From assembly GCF_009914755.1 (NCBI RefSeq), contig NC_060936.1: a stretch of DNA of 64,000 bases, one strand, 5' to 3'. This DNA comes from the human T2T-CHM13v2.0 reference genome, Homo sapiens. Below the pieces are notes generated by a model. The model searched no databases and was not told the DNA's origin. It worked only from the letters and a program-made list of their open reading frames with translations. Both the position numbers and the translations under genes were made by a program. Shown here one piece after another: positions 58,570 through 64,000 of the stretch (position 1 is its first letter; every line of letters starts with the position of its first letter).

Positions 58570-59735
58570 GAAGTATATATACATTGTGAAATATGTAAAC
58601 CTAGCTAATTAGCATATGCATTAGTTAACACATTTTTATAGTGAGAATACTTTCATTCGCTCTCAACATTTTTCAAGAGCACAATCTGTTGTTAGCTATA
58701 GCCATCATGTTGCATAACAGATCTTTTGAACTTATTCCTCCTCTCTAAGTGAAATTTTGTATGCTGTGACCAAGATCTCCTGCAACCGCCACCACCACCC
58801 CCACTGACCACCTTAAACCCTAGTAATCACCATTATACTCTCTACTTCTGTGATATTAAGTTTTTTGGATTCCCTGTCTGAGTGAAACCGTGAGGTATTC
58901 TCTTTCTGTGCCTGGCTTATCTCACTTAACATAATATCCTCTTCGTTCATTCACGTTGTTGCAAATGACCAAGTTCCCATCTTTTTTATGGATGGATAAT
59001 TTTCCATTGTGTATTTTCTTTGTTCATGTATCCATTGATGGACACAGTTTCATTCCATATTTTGGTTATTGTGAATAATGCTAGAGTGAAGACAACGATA
59101 CAGATATCTCTTCAACATACTGATTTTATTGCCTTTTGGTATACCTAGTAGTGGAATTGCTGGGTCATATGACAGTTCTATTTTTAATTTTTTTGAAGAG
59201 CCTTCATAGTGCTTTTCATAATGGCTTATACTAATTTACTTTTCCACTAACAGTGTGTGAGGGTTCCCTTTTGTCCACATCCTTACCAGCACATGTTATC
59301 TTTTATCTTTTTGATATAGCTATTTTAACATGTGTGAGGTGATATCTCATTGTGGTTTTAATCTGCATTTCCCTGATGGCTAAAGCTGTTAAGCATTTTT
59401 TCATATACCTATTAGCCACTTGTATGTCTTCTTTTAAGAAATGTCTGTTCAGGTCCTTTGCTCATTTCCAGTTGATTGATTTGTTGTTTGTTATTGAGTT
59501 GTTTGAGTTCCTTATATATTTTGGATATTAACCTCTTATCAGATATATGATTTGTAAATATGTTCTCCCATTATGTAGGTTGTCTCTTCATTTTCTTCGT
59601 TGTTTACTTTGCTGCACTGGAGCTTTTTAATTTGATGTAACTCCATTTGTCTATTTTTTGCTTTTGTTATCTATCTTTGCTTTGCTTTTAGGTTCATATT
59701 TTTAAAATCATTGCTCAGACAAATGTCATGGAGTG
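58570..59735 (-). mobile_element. L1MA-type 3' end
   Basis: AAACCTAGCTAATTAGCATATGCATT..AACAGATCTTTTGAACTTATTCCTCC 3'UTR, followed by ORF2 end. Confidence 0.8.
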
Positions 59736-60090
59736 TTCGTGGTTTAATTTGGATGTTTCCTACTGACCTACTTTGTGTTCATTAATCATGCTCCCTACTT
59801 TAACTCATGATGTTTTTAGCCTATTATATTCTTATTTTGTTATTCTATTTTTAGTTATAAAATTCCTAATTGATTCTTTTTTATAAATTCCATTTATATG
59901 TTGAAATTTTCTATCATGTCCACTATTTTGTTGAACATAATAAGTATGGTATTTTCAAACCTTTGTAATTTAATGCAATACCTGGATCACTTGCAGATAT
60001 CTTTCTATCAGGTGTTTATGTTTTGTTTTTTAGTCAGCTTAAAGAAGCAAGAGGTGTGTCCCTGTATTGAGCCAGAACTGAAATCTTTTT

Positions 60091-60388
60091 AAAATTTTTA
60101 AATTTTAGTTTCAGGGGTACATGTGCAGCTTTGCTATATAGGTAAATTACGTGTCGTGGGGTTTGAAGTACAGATTATCACATCATCCAGGTAGTAAGCA
60201 TGGTACCTGACAACTAGTTTATTGATCCTCACCTCCTCCTGTCCTCCGCCCTCAAGTAGGCCCCAGTGTCTGTTGTTCCCTTCTTCGTGTCCATGTGTAC
60301 TCATTGTTTAGCTCCAACTTATAAGTGAGAATATGCAGTATTTGGTTTTCTGAACCTGCATTAGTTCACTTAGGATAATGGTCTCCAA
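60091..60388 (-). mobile_element. Short L1PA13-16-like 3' end with TSD
   Basis: TTTTAGTTTCAGGGGTACATGTGCAG; TSD CCAGAACTGAAATCTTT / CCAGAATTGAAATATTT. Confidence 0.82.
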
Positions 60389-60419
60389 ATCCAGAATTGA
60401 AATATTTATAAATGAGTAT

Positions 60420-61000
60420 TTCAGTACTAAACAATCATTTTAAATCTTCTAGGCATTGTTCTTACCACAGTGAAGAAAAGAGATAAGATCCCTGACTTCA
60501 TAGTATTTACATTTTATTTGAGGTAACAGACAATAAATACATATATAAATATATAGTAGAAAATAAGATATTGAAAATTACTGTAAAAATTAGGAAAGTT
60601 TAAGATATAGAGCATAGTGTTTAATTGGTTGATCAAGAAAGGCCTGTGTAAGGTATAACACTTTACTAGAGATGTGAAAATAAAGTGAGGGAATAAGTTT
60701 CATATAAACAAAACAGTATACTATTTTGGGCTAAGTGTCAGGCAAGTATGTAAGGCTTGAAATAGGAAATCAGCGTAATAAAGGAAGAGAAAGTTTACAA
60801 TAGGTAGACTGATTAGTAAAGGAGAAAAAATAGAGAAGAGAAGAAATACAAAAGTAGCCAGGGATCAGTCCACATTAGGCCTAGGATATGATGTCAAGCA
60901 CTTTGGATTTTATTTCAAGTGTGATAGAATGTTATTATTGGGTTTCAAGTAAGGGAGTTAAATATTGTTCATATTTTAAGTGGATAATTTTGTTTGCAAT
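60420..61000. mobile_element. L2 fragments
   Basis: AAGATCCCTGACTTCATAGTATTTACATT and CACTTTGGATTTTATTTCAAGTGTGAT motifs. Confidence 0.6.
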
Positions 61001-61629
61001 GCGGAGATTACTTCATGTGACCTATCTTTACCCCTTTTCCATTGCCATCACTTTATTTTAAAATCATCTTAAAACTTCAGATGATGTAATTGAATTGTTT
61101 TGTTTGTTTGTTTTTGTTTTTTGTTTTTTTGTTTTCTTTTTTCTTGCTTAAATTTTTCTGTATACAAAACTTACCTGACGAGGATTTCCCTTTTTTCACT
61201 GATTTAGTTGAAAAAAATAGTTGCCTTTAGGATTAAAACTTCTGGATTTTTAAGACATATCCTTATGTAATTATATAAAATCTTCTCAAACTTATTTTTT
61301 CCTTTCCTGCCAACAATGCTTACAATATGGCAGACACCATGCTTAGTGCCAGGATAGGTAAATAGACAGAAAAAACATAGCTCTAAGTTTAGGGAATATC
61401 AGAAATATATTAGAATGTTTTCAGTTAATTATAATTTTTATAAGAGGAGTAAATATAAAATTATCATGATAAATTAGCCAGGATCCAAAAGCCTAGATCA
61501 ACTGTCCATGAAATATTTCCTTAGATTGATTTGTTGCCTCTCTGAAATGTGATTTCATTTAACAAGTGATTAACCACGAACACTTACAACCAAGAGTCAT
61601 TTTATTTTAGTTTTGTTAAGTATAGTTTA

Positions 61630-64000
61630 CCCTAATTTATTAAGTGCCAAGAACTATGAGGGATCTGAGATTTTATCCTACATGAACTCTAACAAGTTAG
61701 GATGCTGATAGAAGGAATGAAACTTCAAGAGACAAATACAGTTATTACCTGTAACAGCAGGCAGCAAGAGCTTCATGTACCAATTCTCCTTTTCCCCCAA
61801 GTTCCATAGGAGGAAATCTGAAGAATGTCTTCCTAGTAGTCTTGAGCCTAGGATATCCCATGTCTTCTAAACGGCTGTTAGCAACCCTGCCCATCCTGTG
61901 CTCCACAGAAAGTTGTTATCTTTATTACACCAGACAGCAAACAAATTTCTGCCCTCTACTCCAAAGGGAAACACAGTCTCTGCCTTCCCATTCTGTTAGT
62001 TTTATGAACATCTTTGGAAAGATAGTCTGTAACAAAATCTGTCGTAAGTCATGCAGAATTGTTAGAGATCCATGGAGAATTGTATCCCAAAAATATCCAT
62101 CCCTTGTTTTTACATGAGAAATTTTCTAATAAGTATACTATTCCAGTGGCCACCCTGAATAATCTGACAGGGGCTGGGACAAAAATCAATTAGATTTGCC
62201 TCATGGTTCATGCAATTAAGGTTACTATCAATAGTCCAGGTGTTTTCTCCTTAATTTTTAAATTGATCTTCCCAATAGGCTTGAGACTTTAATCCAACTA
62301 TAGCTGGACTCCTTTTCCCTCAGGAAGGAATTACAGGACAATTCTGCCATCCAGAATAACCCTGGTCAGCGAGTTGAAGCTGAACTGAATGCTTTCTAGG
62401 GCTATAGTGCTGTTGACTTAACACTTAAAAGTATGTTATGACCACCACACCTTCTAGGTGGTATTTGTCCACCCCATGGGATGACTGAGGATGGGGATGG
62501 GGAAAATATCCACATCTGTTTCACAAGGGAAGTACAACATCTGGGGCCATGCCCTGCTGTCTTGATGGATTTCTTAGTAAACTTAAGATAAATTACTATG
62601 AAATTCTGTTCAGAGCCCCTTGGAAGGGGATGGCAGGTCCATTAGTAAGTTAAATTTAAGGTGCTTGCAGCAGTTTGGGACAGTCCTGCAGAAGTTTTGT
62701 TTTTGTTTTTGAAGGAGGCTATAGGGGCAGTTCAAAAGATAAAAATCTCCCTCTTTCATGCTTCCCAGGATTTAAGGTATTCCTTTCAAAGATTCTGGTT
62801 TTTTGTTCTCCACCTACTCCCTCAAAATTAGGGTGTTACATTTCAATAGTTATAACTTCACCATTTTTCTAATCATTCTGTATTAACACTTAGACCTTTC
62901 ATCTTGAAAGTTCAGGAACAAGGAACAAGTGCACTTTTATAAACCATAACTAAGATTAGTTTGAATACTCTTACTCTTCTTTTGGCCAGGCTGTACCTTG
63001 TTTAATCATTCTGGCCTATACTCGCTGTTAGAGAAAAGAGATACTCATCATACCCAGGAATAGTCAGGATAGAATCCTGAGTTGTCCAAATAGATCTATA
63101 TTACCTTCCATGCATTTTTCCTAATCATTGCCTAGGAAGTGACTGCAAGAATATGATATTTTTTGGGAGAGAGCCATGCTCACTGATAAAATTGCTTTAT
63201 ATAGATGTGTCGATAGAAGGAGGTGATAGAGGTAGGCGCAGACTATCAGTTCATTGTTGATTAGCTTGTGTCACAACTGTCACAATCAAATGGTACAGAA
63301 AACTGAAAACTTAGGCAACTAATTTCAAAGGCCACATTTGTATGGCCAAAGCCAGCTGATGGATAACCTAAAAGATATTAACAGTGGCAAAGATTTGAAG
63401 GTGTAGTGTAGTCAATTTTCCAACAGGAAGGGGCAAAAATCCACGAGATGAGAGACATCCTTCACTATAAGACAAATGAGAAAATTTTTCAGGAATCACA
63501 AGTCTGATATAAAAAGTAGGTCTACCTTAGATATAAAGTTAGACCCAATCAGTTACTTGATTCCAGTCATTCTTATTAGGGAATGGGCCCTTACCATAGG
63601 CATCTGTATGAATAACACAGACAGGGCTATAGGCAGCTGTGATTTGTTTTCCCTGTTTGAGGGCCCAAGTCATGGTGTCTTTGGCTTTTCATGTGGCAGA
63701 CCCAACTGTTAAGCCATTGGCAACAGTCCAAGAATCAGCTTGCTTTCAGCTTAGCCAAACCATCACTGAACCAGGCTCAAGAATTTAAGCGAACTTGGGT
63801 GAATTGAGGTCCCTGTGAGACATCAAATTTGGTTCAGGCAGTGAAGTGGAGATGAGTATTCCCTGAGATAGATAGCTGCTATTTTTTTTTTTTTCATGAG
63901 AAACCGAATGCTACTGAGGCACATTTTTGAGTATACCATTTTCTTTTTACAAGTGAAACCTTTTGGGACCTTCTCACCTTGTTGGTCATTGAATTCAAGT
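61630..64000 (-). mobile_element. ERVL provirus remnant: LTR (~61630-62100) plus internal pol (RNase H/integrase) running off the window end
   Basis: Minus-strand remnants AWFSDGLAKLK, DSWTVANGL and IHTDAYGKGPFPNKNDWNQVTD at ~63545-63780 fit ERVL RNase H; GAGGGATCTGAGATTTTATCCTAC..AACAAGTTAG resembles an ERVL LTR end. Confidence 0.7.

Overview
Human (or near-human primate) AT-rich genomic DNA from the middle of the LRRIQ1 gene (leucine-rich repeats and IQ motif containing 1) on the + strand. Eight internal coding exons (13730-13923, 14242-14369, 19378-19451, 21898-21991, 37871-38050, 40244-40693, 44006-44207, 54025-54144) have GT-AG boundaries and compatible phases. They splice into one open frame encoding LRRs, a low-complexity linker and two IQ motifs. 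The introns are rich in transposons. At 0.5-13 kb, an old antisense L1 hosts a THE1 solo LTR, a complete MSTA element and a near-full-length Charlie3 hAT transposon; the MSTA LTR is itself split by an L1PA carrying a MIR-containing 3' transduction. Elsewhere lie a very young 5'-truncated L1HS Ta-1 insertion with perfect TSDs, many Alu/MIR/L2/L1M/MaLR fragments and ERVL remnants. The most novel candidate is a set of minus-strand, splice-site-bounded, partly duplicated segments at about 27-34 kb that read as decayed C-type-lectin-like exons, suggesting a nested antisense unitary pseudogene (inference, needs homology search). Repeat subfamily names are by eye and need RepeatMasker confirmation.
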